This document shows positions 39,049 through 53,569 of a stretch of 64,000 bases of DNA, piece by piece (position 1 is the first letter of the stretch; each line of letters opens with the position of its first letter). Under the pieces are notes generated by a model, which saw only the letters and a list, made by a program, of their open reading frames with translations, was not told where the DNA came from and did not search any database. The stretch comes from Macrostomum lignano. Its lineage: Eukaryota. The position numbers and the translations under genes were made by a program. The stretch spans positions 124,001-188,000 of the forward strand of contig NIVC01001051.1 in NCBI GenBank assembly GCA_002269645.1, written 5' to 3'.

Positions 39049-41148
39049 TCACTTTGATCGGTCCCAGCGGCAGTTCATGTAGCGTATCGGCGGGTGCCTG
39101 GCTCGCTCAGATCGGCGGGGCGCTGCTGTTCTTGCCGGAGGCTCCGCCGCCGGTGCCGCCGGTGCCGCCGTGCCGGCTCCGGTCGTTGGCGCCGAGTCCA
39201 CCAGTGGGTCGAACCGCTCTCTCGGCTGCGCCGGGTGCGGCGTTCGGATCAGCCGCTGCTGGTTCCATCTGGTGCCGTCGCTGAGCTCGACCGCGTGGTG
39301 TCCCGCCTGACGGAGCACTTGTAGTGGCCGTGAGAGGCGGGTACCCAGCTTGCCCTTCTTGGTGGGCCGTCGGATTCTCACCCACTCGCAGGGTTGGAAC
39401 GTCTCGGGGTGGGCCCTTCGCCTGGCATCGGTGTAGGCCTTGATCTGCTGCTGCCGCGCCTCGATTTGCTGCCGCAGTGCCTGAGGCGTCGCCTCGGTCG
39501 TTGTCATTCCCCCTCCGGGAGACAGCATGGTGATCGCGGTGCGCCACTTCCGACCCAGTATGAGCTCGGCCGGTGACTTGCCCGTCAGGCTGTGCTTGGA
39601 GCTCCGGTAGGCAGACAAGAAGTTGGTCACGGCGTTTTGAAACGGCCTGTTCTCCGCCATGGCCGCTCTGATGCTGGCGAGCAGCGACCGATTGAGACGC
39701 TGCTCCGTCTGGCCGTTGGTCTGCGGATGGTAAAGGGGGGGCTTGACGTGCCGGATGCCCTGCTCGACCAGGAAGTCCGAGAACTCGCTCGATGATGCCG
39801 TACTTCTCCATCTTGTCGAGTTCGGCACCGACCTGCTCCGGCTGCTGGACGGGTCGCACTGCCGGGTCGACCTTGGGCTGGTGTACAGCGCCGGCGCAGC
39901 ATCCTATCGCACCGCTGAAGGTCGTTGGGTACCGCGCCTGCAAGTCCGCCGTCAGGTCGCTGACTTTCGCGATTCCGGGTGGCTGCCCGCTAAGGTCGAC
40001 TCGGAAGCCCAGCTTCTCCATCAGGTCTCTACCGACGATGTTGTCGCCGCCTGGCGCAACGAAGAACCGGTGCTGCATCGCCTTGTCGCCGTAGCGCACC
40101 TCCAGCTCGGTGACACCACTTAGCTGGATTGGCAGTCCGCCGTAGGCACGCAGCTTCGTCGTAGTGGGAGAGGTGACTGCACCTGAGATCCGATCGGCGG
40201 TCTGTCGGGACAGCAGCGACACCCTTGCGCCGCAGTCCACCATCAGGCTGACAGCGGTCCTGTCCGGTCCGAGTTCCAGCGTCGCCCGGACCTCCCTGTC
40301 GCCACCTGGCACTGCGTAGACTGTGATCAGCTCGTCCGCGGCATTGACAGCAGCCTGCTTGCTGCGACAGCAACTCCGGAAGTGGTTCTTCTTGCCACAG
40401 GTGTCGCAGGTCTTGCCCTTGGCCGGACAGGGGGTCGTCGGTCCGTGGTCTCGCCCACAGCGTGTGCAGGCGCCGCCGGGTTTGGCTGTCCTGCCAGCTG
40501 GTGCTGGGCGGTGCCTCCTTTTTGCAGCGACCTTCTGGCCCCTCGGCTGTCGGATCGATTGGACGGCAGCCGCCGTGCTAGACGTTGATGGCGCCATCGC
40601 CTTGGCTTCTTTGGAGGCTTCCTCGATGGAGACCGCGATGCTGAGCGCTTTCGCCAGGTTGAGGTCCTCCACCTTCTCCGTCAGCAGCCTCTCTCGGATT
40701 CTGGGGTTACTGGTCTTCTCAGCCAGCTGGTCTCTGATGAGATCGTCCTGTATCGCGCCGTAGTTGCACAGCTCCGTCAGCTCCCTCAGGGCTGCCACGA
40801 AGGTCTTGACGTCCTCGCCGGGTAGCTGCTGGCGCTGGCGGAAGCGATATCTGGCCACCATCACGTTGGGCTTCTCGCCGAAGATCTTCTCGAGCTCCGA
40901 CTTAGTTGCTGCGAACGTGTCGTTCTCCTTGATTGCTTGGCGTGCTCGAGCAACCCGCTGATCTTCGAATCCAAGCAGAGGAGCAGAAGGCTCTTCTTCA
41001 GCGGTTTCGCCTCTTCCTTCCCTTCGGGCTCCTTGAATTGGGCCGCCTCGTAATAAAATTCAAAGGCCTCAATCCATCGGCTCCATGGTACTGTCGGTGA
41101 TCCGCAGTTCGCTAGGAAGGGCGTGGGTGCAGGGATGCTAGCCGCCAT
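39049..41148 (-). pseudogene. gag-pol remnant: Gag with two CCHC knuckles, aspartic protease, RT stub, C-terminal half of integrase
   Basis: ATG at 41148 (MAASIPAPTPF...WSRWIEAFEFY); frameshift near 40972; CTRCGRDH/CDTCGKKNH; VDCGA protease; ELDKMEKYGIIERV fused out of frame to SEFSDFL...YHPQTNGQTE. RT core, RNase H and the integrase N-terminus are absent. Confidence 0.88.
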
Positions 41149-41159
41149 CCTCGTCGCCA
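41145..41159 (-). other. primer-binding site complementary to tRNA-Ser(GCT) 3' end
   Basis: TGGCGACGAGGATGG is the complement of the ...CCATCCTCGTCGCCA end of metazoan tRNA-Ser(GCT) as recalled; it overlaps the gag ATG. Confidence 0.7.
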
Positions 41160-41489
41160 ATGTTCTGTTGTTGAATTAAAGAACGCAAAAACAAGATAGA
41201 TAATTATCCGGGTGCTCAGTCGTGGCACCAAAAGAGGGCTTGGCCAATAGGAGGGCGGCTCGTATATTTATGCACGCGGGGAAGGAAAGTTCTAGAAAGA
41301 CCGGGGAAGGAAACTTCTGGAACTATCTGGAAGTTTCTAGAAACGCTGTCCCCGAACTACCCCTACGCATCGCATGCCTTTGCAATACACAACAGTAAGA
41401 CTTGCACTTTGTCGAGACGTCAATCAAACGCATTTCTGACTTTATATTTCGAGGAGCCGAGTCACTTCTCCGCTTTCAGTCCCAACATT

Positions 41490-41755
41490 GGGCCTTTTCA
41501 TATTGCTTGTTCTGGTTCTAGAACCAGATCCAATTTGTAAAGTATAACTTTTTCTCTCCTTAACTACTCGAGGGATGTGTGCTTTAAAGTTGTAATTATT
41601 GATTTGCAATAGCCAAGAAGAAAGCGAAAAAAAATGTGCAACGTGAGGCTGTTAAGACAGTCGAACATTCAACAAAGTTAAATAGTTATACTGCTTTTTT
41701 TCTCGGAAGATCCAAACCGATTCTGGTTCTGGAATCGGTAGTGTGAAAAGCCTTA
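41490..41755. mobile_element. PIF/Harbinger-like MITE (uninterrupted copy)
   Basis: Termini ggccttttcata... and ...gtgtgaaaagcc; an interrupted sister copy lies at 43305-44120. Confidence 0.6.
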
Positions 41756-43424
41756 GGTCCCAAGGGACTATGCGATCGGGATCAGGTCTTAAGGGACTAT
41801 GCAATGGTCTGATGCGAGAGCGCTTTTTAAATTAAATTGGGGCGCTCTTTCGGAAATTACAACAAAATACATTACCGATAATATACAATAACAATCCTAA
41901 CCCCCAACTAAACAAAATTGCATCTATACAAAATTCAATGATGAGATTTGCTACAGTTATGGCTGGCGAATCTTTTACTTTTGCACGCATACACGCACGT
42001 GAATAATTTTATTTGAAGATTTTTAGTTAATGTTCAGTTTAATAATGAATACTATAATAGATTCATAAAAAATTGGTAAGTTTCAACAGATACATGTAGA
42101 TTGTCACCTGTCAACTAGTACAACTGTTAAACGGTGGACTCTTTACATAGTACTCTTGCTTGTGCCTTTAGAACAAATGATGAAATAAATACGAATTAGA
42201 GGATTTAAGTAGACTACAACGTCTACAACTACAATGGAGTCTAGAATATAAAGATTAAAGATAAGCAACTGGTTAAGCGATAGCGCCCACTTGGGGGGAG
42301 GGTTGGGCGGCTAAGGTCATGTCTATCATGCTTTATAGATGTCATTCCTTTATTCATGTCATTCATTCCCTCTCAGCTCTCCTTGCTGCTGGCTAGTAAT
42401 GGGAAATGGCAAGGTCCAAAATACAGATGCAGCATCTCAACATTTTTCTTTAATAAACTAGCACATTACTATGGAACATGATAAATATTTCAATATAAGT
42501 TATTTTGCCAATGTATTGTAAGGTTGAGTTGAGTTAGGCAATTAGTAGGCCTAAAGGTCAATCTTGACGCCATTTTTTGATTGATTTGCATGTTTATTGT
42601 ATAAGTAATTTCTACCTTCTAAAAATATTAATGCTAACACTAAAGTTATTATAGTGCTTTCTTCCATCTATAATAGTTTAATTACTAATTAGAGATTAGG
42701 GCCTATAAATGTCAAAATCCCAGTTTTTTGCAATCCCATGATCAGAAAAATACAGGTTTTTAAGCTTCTGGGTTGAAATTTCAAGGATAAATATGTACCA
42801 AAAGTATTTTTGCTTCTATTTTTGATTGTTATATAGAAATAATAATCTTTTTTTAGATAAAAAACAGCATTATCTTGCGACATATTTAAGTAAATAGAAA
42901 TATACTAATACTAATAGTAGTAGGCCTAAAGAAGCAAATCATAGGCCTAAAAAATTTATATTGGAATAAATTTTATATTTAAATCTATGATGCAGGGTTT
43001 AAAAGGTGCCACACAATGTGGTGTAATTAACAGAAATTAGCGCAGTATAATAAACTAATTGTGGGCCTAATTATGTTCATACCAGGGTCCAGATCGTGTA
43101 GTTGTGTATGCAAGAACAATATTAAACTTGTAGAAATTGTAATGCAAAATTTACATTTTAGCAATAATTTACACTAGTCTTTTATCTTTCAAAAGCAAAA
43201 AAAATATTACTGACTTTTTAGACTATACAAATTTTCCTTTATTTTATATAAAAACATTAATTTACATTACAATTTTTATACACAGCATAAATTTATTCAC
43301 CAAGAGGCTCTTCATATTGCTTGTTCTGATTCTAGAACCAAAACCAATTTGTAAAGTATAACTTTTTGTCTCCTTAACTAGAGGGAGATATTTGCTATAA
43401 ACTCTTAATTATTGAATAAAAATC

Positions 43425-43735
43425 CAGTGGCAGCGCAGGACCTCCAGCTAGGGGGGGGGGGGGGCGGTGGTTGGGTGGTCACCCCCCCCCAGCTGGGTGG
43501 TCATCCCCAGAAAAAATTATCAAAAAAAATCACCCTACCAGGTGACCACCCCCTGAGGTCTCAGGTGACCACCCCCATGCCCCATGGGGTGACCACACTT
43601 TAGAAAAAATATGGTAAAGTACCAATTTTTTTTAAGTGGGTAGTCACCCCCTGGGGGTGGTCACCCTCTGAGGGTAGTGAGGGGTGGTCACCCAGGGGCA
43701 GCCTGCCCCCCCCCCCCCCCCCTGCGCCGCCACTA
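43425..43735. mobile_element. hAT-type MITE nested in the 43305-44120 element
   Basis: TIR cagtggcagcgcagg / cctgcgccgccacta; 8-bp TSD taaaaatc on both sides; internal ggtgaccaccc repeats. Confidence 0.85.
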
Positions 43736-43786
43736 TAAAAATCGCCAAGAAGAAAGTGAAAAATTGTCCAAAGTGAGGCTGTTAAG

Positions 43787-44014
43787 CTGGGGGTTTTTTT
43801 GTCCATAATTTGGATACAATTTTGCACCCTGTGCTAGACTTCAGGGTGCAATTTTCAAGACCAGGATGCGCTGCACTGCTGTAGACACTAAATTGTGAAA
43901 TTCGCATCACATCCTTGCAAAAATTCTGGTGCGCTTTTTGCACCCTGAGTCAAATTTCAGGGTGCGATTTTTAAGTCCAAGATGCTATTTGCACCCATTC
44001 GCACAAAAAACTTA
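43787..44014. mobile_element. second nested insertion
   Basis: Flanked by direct repeat gctgttaag (43778-86 and 44015-23); absent from the 41490-41755 copy. Confidence 0.65.
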
Positions 44015-46414
44015 GCTGTTAAGGCAGTCAAATATTAACAGAGTTAAATAGTTATACTGCTGTTTTTCTTGGAAGATCCAAACCAATTCTGGTTCTGAAA
44101 TTGGTAATGTGAAAGGCTTCAAATTCAAAATTAGTATGCAAAAAAACTGGCATAAATTTGTATGTTGAAATTTGTATGCCAAAATATTTGCATAAATTTA
44201 TATACCAAAATTTGTATGCCAACTTTGAAAAAGGTCATTTGTATACCAGAATACATGTAACCTGGAGTCTAGCTGTCTAGTGTTCATATTACAATACTAT
44301 TTATAAAAATAATAACAAAAATTAGTCCTAGGATTTATGACCCCAAATTAGTTGGGACCTCTATATTAAGACTGGAAATCCTAATATTTGGGCCAAATCC
44401 CGGGATTTTAGGATCCTAGGATTGTATATTACCATTAAGGGTTTTTTTAGCGGCATAGCTTTAAGGCAATTTAGTGCTCTAAAATGATATACCTTAAATT
44501 ACTGATATGGATCTTATTTATAAATTGTTTTTAGTTCTCTTAATGTTAGGGTCTTATAATATTTTTTCAAATCATTATAGTTTTTAAAAAGTTAGGTAAG
44601 AATTAAATATGATTTTTTTCTAAGAAAGTATTAGAGTTATATAAGTATCATATAGTTTTAAAGAGAATATACTTTAAAGGTCTATTAAATGAATAAAAGA
44701 TATACTATCCCACACCGTACATCATGTAGTATATAACCAAAAATTTGGGTGTATATTGGCCTTGCACAATGACAAGATAGAAAAGTTCATTTTTAAGTAT
44801 TAATTTCAAGCTTTCTAGTTTTTAGGCTTGTAATAAAGCATTTAAACAAATGTTTATCATTTTGATTTTTCATTACAAATAGTATAGGCAAAAGATAAAT
44901 ATCAACCAAGAAAGGCTCTTTATATGAAGAAAAAAGGTCATTTATTGTTGCAATACAAAAAAATATAATTTATTATTGCAACACCAGCCTTGATTTGAGA
45001 ATATGGGTGTGCACTAGGGATCACGTGATTTTTGTATATGCTTGGAACTAGGGCCTAGACCAATTTTTTATCATTTTTATTGTTTGACAATGTTTTATTG
45101 TGGCTTTGTTACATCTATGTTGATTTTTTGCCATGCATGCCCAACCTCAAAATTTTACCTATCCAATGTGACTTAGTTTTGTATAGATTTGTGACTTAGT
45201 TCCTCTCAATTTCAACCTAGTTCCCCTGATTGCAACTTAATTTTCACTTTGTATATAACTTTTTTGCCTTTTTTCTTTTCTTTTCTTTTTCTTTTTCCTC
45301 TTTCCCATCTTGCTCTTATCCCTCCTTTCTTTTCCTTTTCTCTTCCTCTCCTTTCTTTTTCCCCCCAATTTTTTGTTTTTTGCATTTTCGATTTTCTGAC
45401 TTACCTTGGCCAGCTTACCTATCTGGTTCAGATAGGTTGGACAGGTGTTAGGCATGTATGTTTGTTGCAATTTTGGTTTGCTTTAGTTGTGCTGACTTGA
45501 AAAAGTAAGGTTGAATTCACGAAATTCACAAATCATGATTGGCAAAAGACTGTGCATGATTTTTTCCTTATGCTCGTAGTTTTATGATTGTGACTATGAT
45601 CACAATTTTTTGGCATGTATTTGTGACCATTCAATTTTTGTTTGGGGATGCATCCAGCATAACCTAGACTATTGGCACTATCTTATATTAGACCACTAGT
45701 TTATCCCTTAGGCTTAGTTATCAATATTAGGTGAGCTGCAGCTTTGTTTGTGTAGCTAAATCTTATATCTATCAGTGCTAACATTGTCTATCAACTATTG
45801 CTCTGCCTCATCCATTAGTTAAGGTATCTTGTCATATTGATTCTCTTGGCACTGCATTGACTAACTCTGCCTGGTACTTTAGTTAAAACTAACACTATCT
45901 TGCTTTACTTGGACTAGTGAATATAGGCTTAATGGAAGGTGGCTATTAGTGTTAGATTCTTATAATATATATTATTTTGCTGCTATCCTTTAGTTCTGCC
46001 CTTTTGGCCACCTTATCTATTGGCCTCCGTTTCTACCCTTCTAACTTAACTTTCATTTAGCTTTTAATATTCTATCACTTTGACCTTTTTATACAACTTT
46101 TTCTTTGCTTATTTTTAATCTACATAGTCATTCTATGCCCATTTAAATAGCAAATTTCTAAGAAAATAATTGAATGTTAAAAAATGCCTAAAATATAAAT
46201 TTCTTTTTAATGAGGATATAAAGACTCAATCAAAAGGAGCTTAGCTTAAAAATTTTAATGCATGTCCATCCTATTCTAAGTTTGTCAAAAAGACAAAAGG
46301 GATAGGCCCTAGATTGGCTCTTAAAATTATGCTAAATTATAAATATATATAAAAAGCTTAACAAATAGTTTCCCACGAAATTTTACTTGGTTAATTTGAT
46401 TTAGTTTTATTACT

Positions 46415-46446
46415 ATCTATACCTATACAAATCAAAACTGTGTGTG

Positions 46447-46477
<31 letters not shown>

Positions 46478-46950
46478 ATACAAATTACTTTGCTATTAAC
46501 TCCCAAACTGCTCAACCAAATCACACTAAAATTTGCACCCACCCTAAATTCACTACAAAAAGTGTCATAGGCTACTTTAAAATTTTCTAAACTTAAGTCT
46601 CCTACCTAAAAGTGCAAAAAACTGCTCAAAATGCGCAATTTTTTACTAAATCCTCCATAGCATCGCTCCATTTTTATCAATCGTCTTCAAATTTGACACA
46701 ATCATATAGAATTTCAATTCTCAAAGTTAATTCTGAATGGCACTGTGTACTTTTAAAGTTAGGCAATTTTTTTCAGCATGGCAGCCACCCCAACCTCTGC
46801 CCGCCTTTGACTTGAAACTTGACACAATTCTTCTTTAACTTATTCACTATCTAAATATAAAGTCTCAATTCTGTAACTCAATCAGAACAGAAACTGTAAA
46901 CATGTGAATTTTGTCTGCTTTTTCTGTTCTTTTGTTTGTGCCGCTCACTC
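46415..46950 (+). mobile_element. possible Helitron/Helentron-derived non-autonomous element
   Basis: a|tctatacctatacaaa followed by a (gt)/(ctgt)n microsatellite; a similar inverted motif at ~50760-50815. The 3' end is not clearly seen. Confidence 0.35.
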
Positions 46951-47559
46951 ACTCATTTCCCTAGAAAATGTACAGTTTTTGGAATAGCTTTTTTATAGCC
47001 TTCTCTGCACCCCCACGAGTGGAGAGGCTTACGTTTAGCCATTACAAGTTTAGCAAGAGATTCAAACCACTGTCCTCTGTATAGACAAGTCTGCAGCACT
47101 TTAACAGTGGATGGCAAACCAAGGCAATGTGGGATGGTTTGTAAAAATAGTGAAAAATTAACAAATAACTGATTACAATGCAATCCTACTATGAGTAAAT
47201 TAGTTACACCATGAAACTTTTTAACATTAAGTTTTACATACTTTAAAATTTAAATGGCTTTTAAGAAATACATATTTCCTTGGTTGTTAGACTGCTGCAG
47301 ACTGTGGTAGTGATCGTGGAGCTGGAGATTCCTCTCAGGCTCAGGTCTAATAATTGGCCAGAAAGATTACATGATTAAAGCATGAGAAATGATAACAACT
47401 ATGTCCCAAAAACTTGCTTTTGAAGCTGCAAAGCAGGGACAAGAGATTTTTACAAGGACAAGGCCAGATAAAGAATCCAGCTCATGGCTGTGGGTCAGAT
47501 AAGAGTGGAAAGGAGAAGGAATGACTATTAGAAGGGCAGGAGGGGCGAGAGGGGATAAG

Positions 47560-48700
<1,141 letters not shown>

Positions 48701-50995
48701 ATAAGTTTCAAATGATGCAAAGGACACGGAAAGGCAGAGGTAGAGGCCAGAGTTTGCTTGACATTCTGCATAGCACCCCAGCCAACAATATCAATGTTTG
48801 CCTCAAATCCTAATTTTACATGAATGTACTCTATTTTATGTTTAACTCTATCCTAACTATTAACAAGTTTTTTTGTTTGAGTTTGACCTCCAATTTTAGA
48901 ATACATACAAAAATAGTTCCGGGGATTAGAGTTCCCCAGGTTCAAAATCTGCAGGTTTCAATAGCTTGTCATTACTAAATAGTTGTTTTAAGTATTATAG
49001 TAGCTAAACTTTTTTTGTGCAATAAGGATGCTATAGCATCCTGACTTTCAAAATGACATCTTCAAATTAGACCTTAGAATAGATGCAATGTTGCATCCTA
49101 GTGCCAGCAAAAAACCTCAGTAGGCTATGTACTAGGGATACTGTATAATATCTTGATTTTCTAAATTGTATCCTAAAATTGGACCTTGAATATAATTTTG
49201 CATCTTAGCATCAGCAGAAAAAACCTAGTGTTAATACTAGTAAATAAATTAGTAGTAGACAAAACAGTTGTATCACAATTTGTCTATTTCCATTTTAGTC
49301 TATCAATTAGCAATTAATTTGTCTGTTGGTAGTCAAATTGGTAACAGACAAATTGACTAAAACCTTTTTTATTGCCCTATGGTTATATTTAGTCTTAGGT
49401 CTAAAGATACCATATGCAAAGTCAAAAAGGTTATTTTTGAGGAAATTTCTTGCAAGTAGCTTGCAGGGAGAACAATAATATTTTCTATATTTTGCCATAT
49501 TCCTTGTGCATTAGGCCAATTGCCTATGCTATATATGGATTTTTAGACCTTGCCAGGTTTGATAACTCATAATAATAATAGGAATAAATAATAATAATAA
49601 TAATAATAATAAATATCTAAGTGTTTGTCAATCAAAGCATTTATCAATCTACCCTATTGGTTATTAGAATGTTTTAAAAACCTATATGCAATAGGCCTAG
49701 TTTAAATTGTGTAAGCCAACTTTTTTAAAGATTTATACTAATAAATGACTTATTTTTTATTTTGCTTGCTATTTCCCTTCTGCTACTTATTTCTTTTAAT
49801 GCTATGCTTATATACCTTTATTTGCTAAATGCTATCAAAAATTAAAAAAAAACATTTTAATTATAAAAATAATAACAAAAAACCTTGAAAATAAAAAAAA
49901 ATTTTCTAAATTATTTCTAAACATGCAAAAGTAAAGAAGTTTTTCATATGAACAAAGTTTCTTATGCTCACAAATGAAAAGTCCTTAAGTTCTAGCATCT
50001 TTCTAAACAAAACATGCAAAATTTGAAAGCTAATTCTATAGGACATTTTAATGCTTATTTAATCATTTTTACTTTTATTAGAAATGATACTTTTTGTCAA
50101 AAGCAAAAACTTATATATTATTCTAGCAATATTTCTCAATACATTAGAATATTTGAAGCCCCATATATAATGGGGCTTATATATAAGCCCCATGGGAGCA
50201 TTCAAATTCAAAATTCAAACATTGAAAGCATTAAAAAACATTGTTTTTCAAATATTTGACCCAACTTCTAATTGGGGTATAAGTTTTGTATACCAATTTG
50301 CCAAATGAATATGAATTAATTGGGCTCATTTGATTCTGCCCCTATCTGCAATTGCGCCATCCTCTGTGTTATAAAGGCTGTGTTATTTCAGCTTTTTCAG
50401 CTTTATAACCCTTTTCATCAATTGTCTATCAGACTAGTTGGTAAACAATAAAATTCAGTCAACACTGCAATTAAATTGCAAGCCCACTGCACACAAAGGG
50501 TCATAAAACTCCTTAACTTTTATATGAATATGAATGTACATTTTACACTGTACATTGGCCAAGGAGAGGCCTAAATGGTTGAACTAAATAATTAGGTAAT
50601 AAAATGGAGTCCATTGAAGGCATAAAAAAGTTGATTCTTCCAATATTTGACCCCTTTTCATTTGAAATTTTTCATCAAAAAAGTTATGGAAGATTGCTGA
50701 AAAATTACAATTTTAAAAAGCTAATTTGAAAAAATTGGCCAGACAGTTCTCTAAAAAAGCAATGACAGACAGGCTGACTGACAGACAAACAGCGCAAAAT
50801 TAGTATATAGATTATTCAAAGTACTATATTTATACAGCATATACATATAGCAATGCAGCTATAAAATGTAAACATGGAATCATTATGTTGTATTTAGACA
50901 AGATTTTGATAATATACTTTTACTATTGCATGCTATTGTTCTTACAGTGCTTCTGTTCTCACAACTGATAGCCTACCCAAGAGCCCTGAAATCTT

Positions 50996-53220
50996 ATGGC
51001 CAGCAAAGTTGCAGCAAAATTCGTTTCCTATCGAGTATCTCAGGTTGCCTTAGCCAGCCACTACACTGACAAAGAGCCTGTTGTGGCTGCTGGCAGCTGG
51101 GATGAAGGCCCCAGTAACCGAATTCAACTGCTTGGTTATGGACCCAAACTGGATGCTGAGGGTAGTCCCCGACTTCTTGCCGTGCATCGTTGCCATGGAG
51201 ACGTAATGTGCCTGCGCTTTGATCCAATCTATCAGAATTTGTTTGTTGGCCTCGGCACTGGCGAGCTTGTTGCTATGGCAACGACAGCTGAAGAAGAGCC
51301 GGGTTCCAACAATGGGAGCGGAGAACGGCAGCGACCCCGGCTGCTGCGCCAGCTGGGCCAGGGCTGGCGGCCGTCCACTGACAGCTTCGGCAGCGGCGCC
51401 GTGTCCGCGCTGGCCATTCGTGACGGCTGGCACGCCCTGGCAGGCTGGGAGTCCGGCCGCCTCGTCTGCTGCTCCCTGGCCGTCGAAGTGCCCGACGGCG
51501 GCTGCAGCGATGCGGCGACACTGCGACCGGCCAGCGGTTGCGGCCGCGAGTCGGTGGGGTTGGACTCCTGCTGCGTCACCGGAGCTGATTTTATTGACCA
51601 GAATGCCGCCTGCACGGTGGGTGGCTCTGGGATTTGAGGACCCCTGTCTGGCTGTGCTGGATGCATGGTGGGGAGTAGCGGCTGCTGATTGCAGGATGCA
51701 TGATGTGGAGTAGCGGCTGCTGATTGCAGGATGTGTGGGTGGGTGGGGAGTAGCGGCTGCTGATTGCAGGATGTGTGGGTGGGGAATAGCGGCTGCTGGT
51801 TGCAGGATGTGTGGGTGGGGAATAGCGGCTGCTGGTTGCAGGATGTGTGGGTGGGGAGTAGCCGCTGCTGGTTGCAGGATGTGTGGGTGGGGAGTAGCCG
51901 CTGCTGGTTGCAGGATGTGTGGGTGGGGAATAGCGGCTGCTGGTTGCAGGATGTGTGGGTGGGGAATAGCGGCTGCTGGTTGCAGGATGTGTGGGTGGGG
52001 AGTAGCCGCTGCTGGTTGCAGGATGTGTGGGTGGGGAACAGCGGCTGCTGTGTTGCATTAACTGAGTGAGTCAGACTTGTGTAATTTTATTTTCAAAACA
52101 AGCCTCATCCGTACAACTGCAGGTAAACAGCATGGGCCAGCTGAAACTATGGGACCTGCGCACGGGGCTTGGCCAATACGACAAAGTGCTGACTGTGGCG
52201 GGCGATCCCAAGGCCATGCACTGCGCCAGGAGGCACCCCGCCCAGCCGCACCTGGTTGCCACTGGCGCTTCCGGCGGCTGCCTCTGCCTGTGGGACCTGC
52301 GCCAAGAGAAATTCCCTGTTAGCATTGTTGAACTGGATGACGGACACGTCACGCAGGTGAGGATGGGTGCTACAAGTAACTATGTGCTGCACACCCTTCA
52401 CACCAGCCCCATATAGTGTGCTGCACACCCTTCACACCAGCCCCATATAGTGTGCTGCACACCCTTCACACCAGCCCCATATAGTGTGCTGCACACCCTT
52501 CACACCAGCCCCATATAGTGTGCTGCACACCCTTCACACCAGCCCCATATAGTGTGCTGCACACCCTTCACACCAGCCCCATATAGTGTGCTGCACACCC
52601 TTCACACCAGCCCCATATAGTGTGCTGCACACCCTTCACACCAGCCCCATATAGTGTGCTGCACACCCTTCACACCAGCCCCATATAGTGTGCTGCACAC
52701 CCTTCACACCAGCCCCATATAGTGTGCTGCACACCCTTCACACCAGCCCCATATAGTGTGCTGCACACCCTTCACACCAGCCCCATATAGTGTGCTGCAC
52801 ACCCTTCACACCAGCCCCATATAGTGTGCTGCACACCCTTCACACCAGCCCCATATAGTGTGCTGCACACCCTTCACACCAGCCCCATATAGTGTGCTGC
52901 ACACCCCGTGCTCGATGTTTTTATCGAGCACGATGCTTTTCTATACTCCCATAGCTGCCCCCCGGTCACTGCAGGTGGAGTTCCACCCCGTGCAGGGCGA
53001 TCTGCTGTTCGTGTCCACCATGGCTGGCCAGCTGTACGCCATCAGGCTGAGCGACAGCGGCGGCGGCGGCTCGGCGGCTCTGACGGACAATCCGCACCTG
53101 ACGGCGGTGCTGCCAGCCAGCCAGAAGCTGCCGGTGAATTCTTTCTGTTTAGGCGAAGATTTTCTATGCGCCGGCACTGAGGATGAACTTTTATATGCCG
53201 CCGCAGGCGTTTGCCTGTGA
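50996..53220 (+). CDS. NUP43: nucleoporin Nup43 (WD40), 3 exons, ~366 aa
   Basis: Exons 50996-51616, 52123-52356 and 52975-53220; GT-AG, phase 0. Motifs AKFVS, AGSWD, HGDVMCLRF, TVNSMGQLKLWDLR, HCARRHPAQPHLVATG, LWDLRQ..PVS and VEFHP match Nup43. Confidence 0.9.
51660..52050. repeat. 36-bp minisatellite in NUP43 intron 1
   Basis: Unit gcggctgctggttgcaggatgtgtgggtggggaata, ~11 copies. Confidence 0.92.
52383..52905. repeat. 34-bp minisatellite in NUP43 intron 2, 15 apparently identical copies
   Basis: Unit tgtgctgcacacccttcacaccagccccatatag. Confidence 0.95.
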
Positions 53221-53569
53221 GGCTTAGTTGTGAATTAATGACCTAGGTAGCGATTGACATGTAGGTGATTTAAGTAATTAGATTAGTTCATATTTTCAAT
53301 ACCAGTTTCTAATTACTGTGTCTTTTGTTAAAACTTTAACTAGTTATAATAGAGTAGTGCATTTTTTCAAACTATTTTTAAAGGTTAAAATCATCTTTGC
53401 AGTCTTAATTTAGCATATAAAGTATTGAAAACATGGAAGCATTTATCTCTAATAGTATACGCAATAAAAGTTCAATTTGTGCTTATAATTGTCTATATTA
53501 TGGTGCCTGCTTAATAAAATAGTCTACTATTATCATTTCAAGCTTTTTTAAGTCTTGTAGCTTAGCCTT

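Larger units (their letters stand above)
38761..41394 (-). mobile_element. Gypsy/Ty3 (Mag-like) LTR retrotransposon, internally deleted, non-autonomous
   Basis: LTRs 41161-41394 (5') and 38761-39009 (3') with TG..CA ends; perfect 5-bp TSD gtaag (38756-60 and 41395-99); PBS TGGCGACGAGGATGG; PPT gaaggaggggaagaa next to the 3' LTR. Confidence 0.93.

Noticed and set aside
52383-52905. CRISPR-like look of 30-36-bp repeats (also other arrays)
   Set aside because: Units are head-to-tail with no unique spacers, there are no cas genes, and the context is eukaryotic.
53490-53510. Possible cis micro-exon ttATG|gtgcct supplying the RMND1 start
   Set aside because: Very poor donor consensus, located among NUP43 poly(A) signals. 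Not formally excluded without RNA data.
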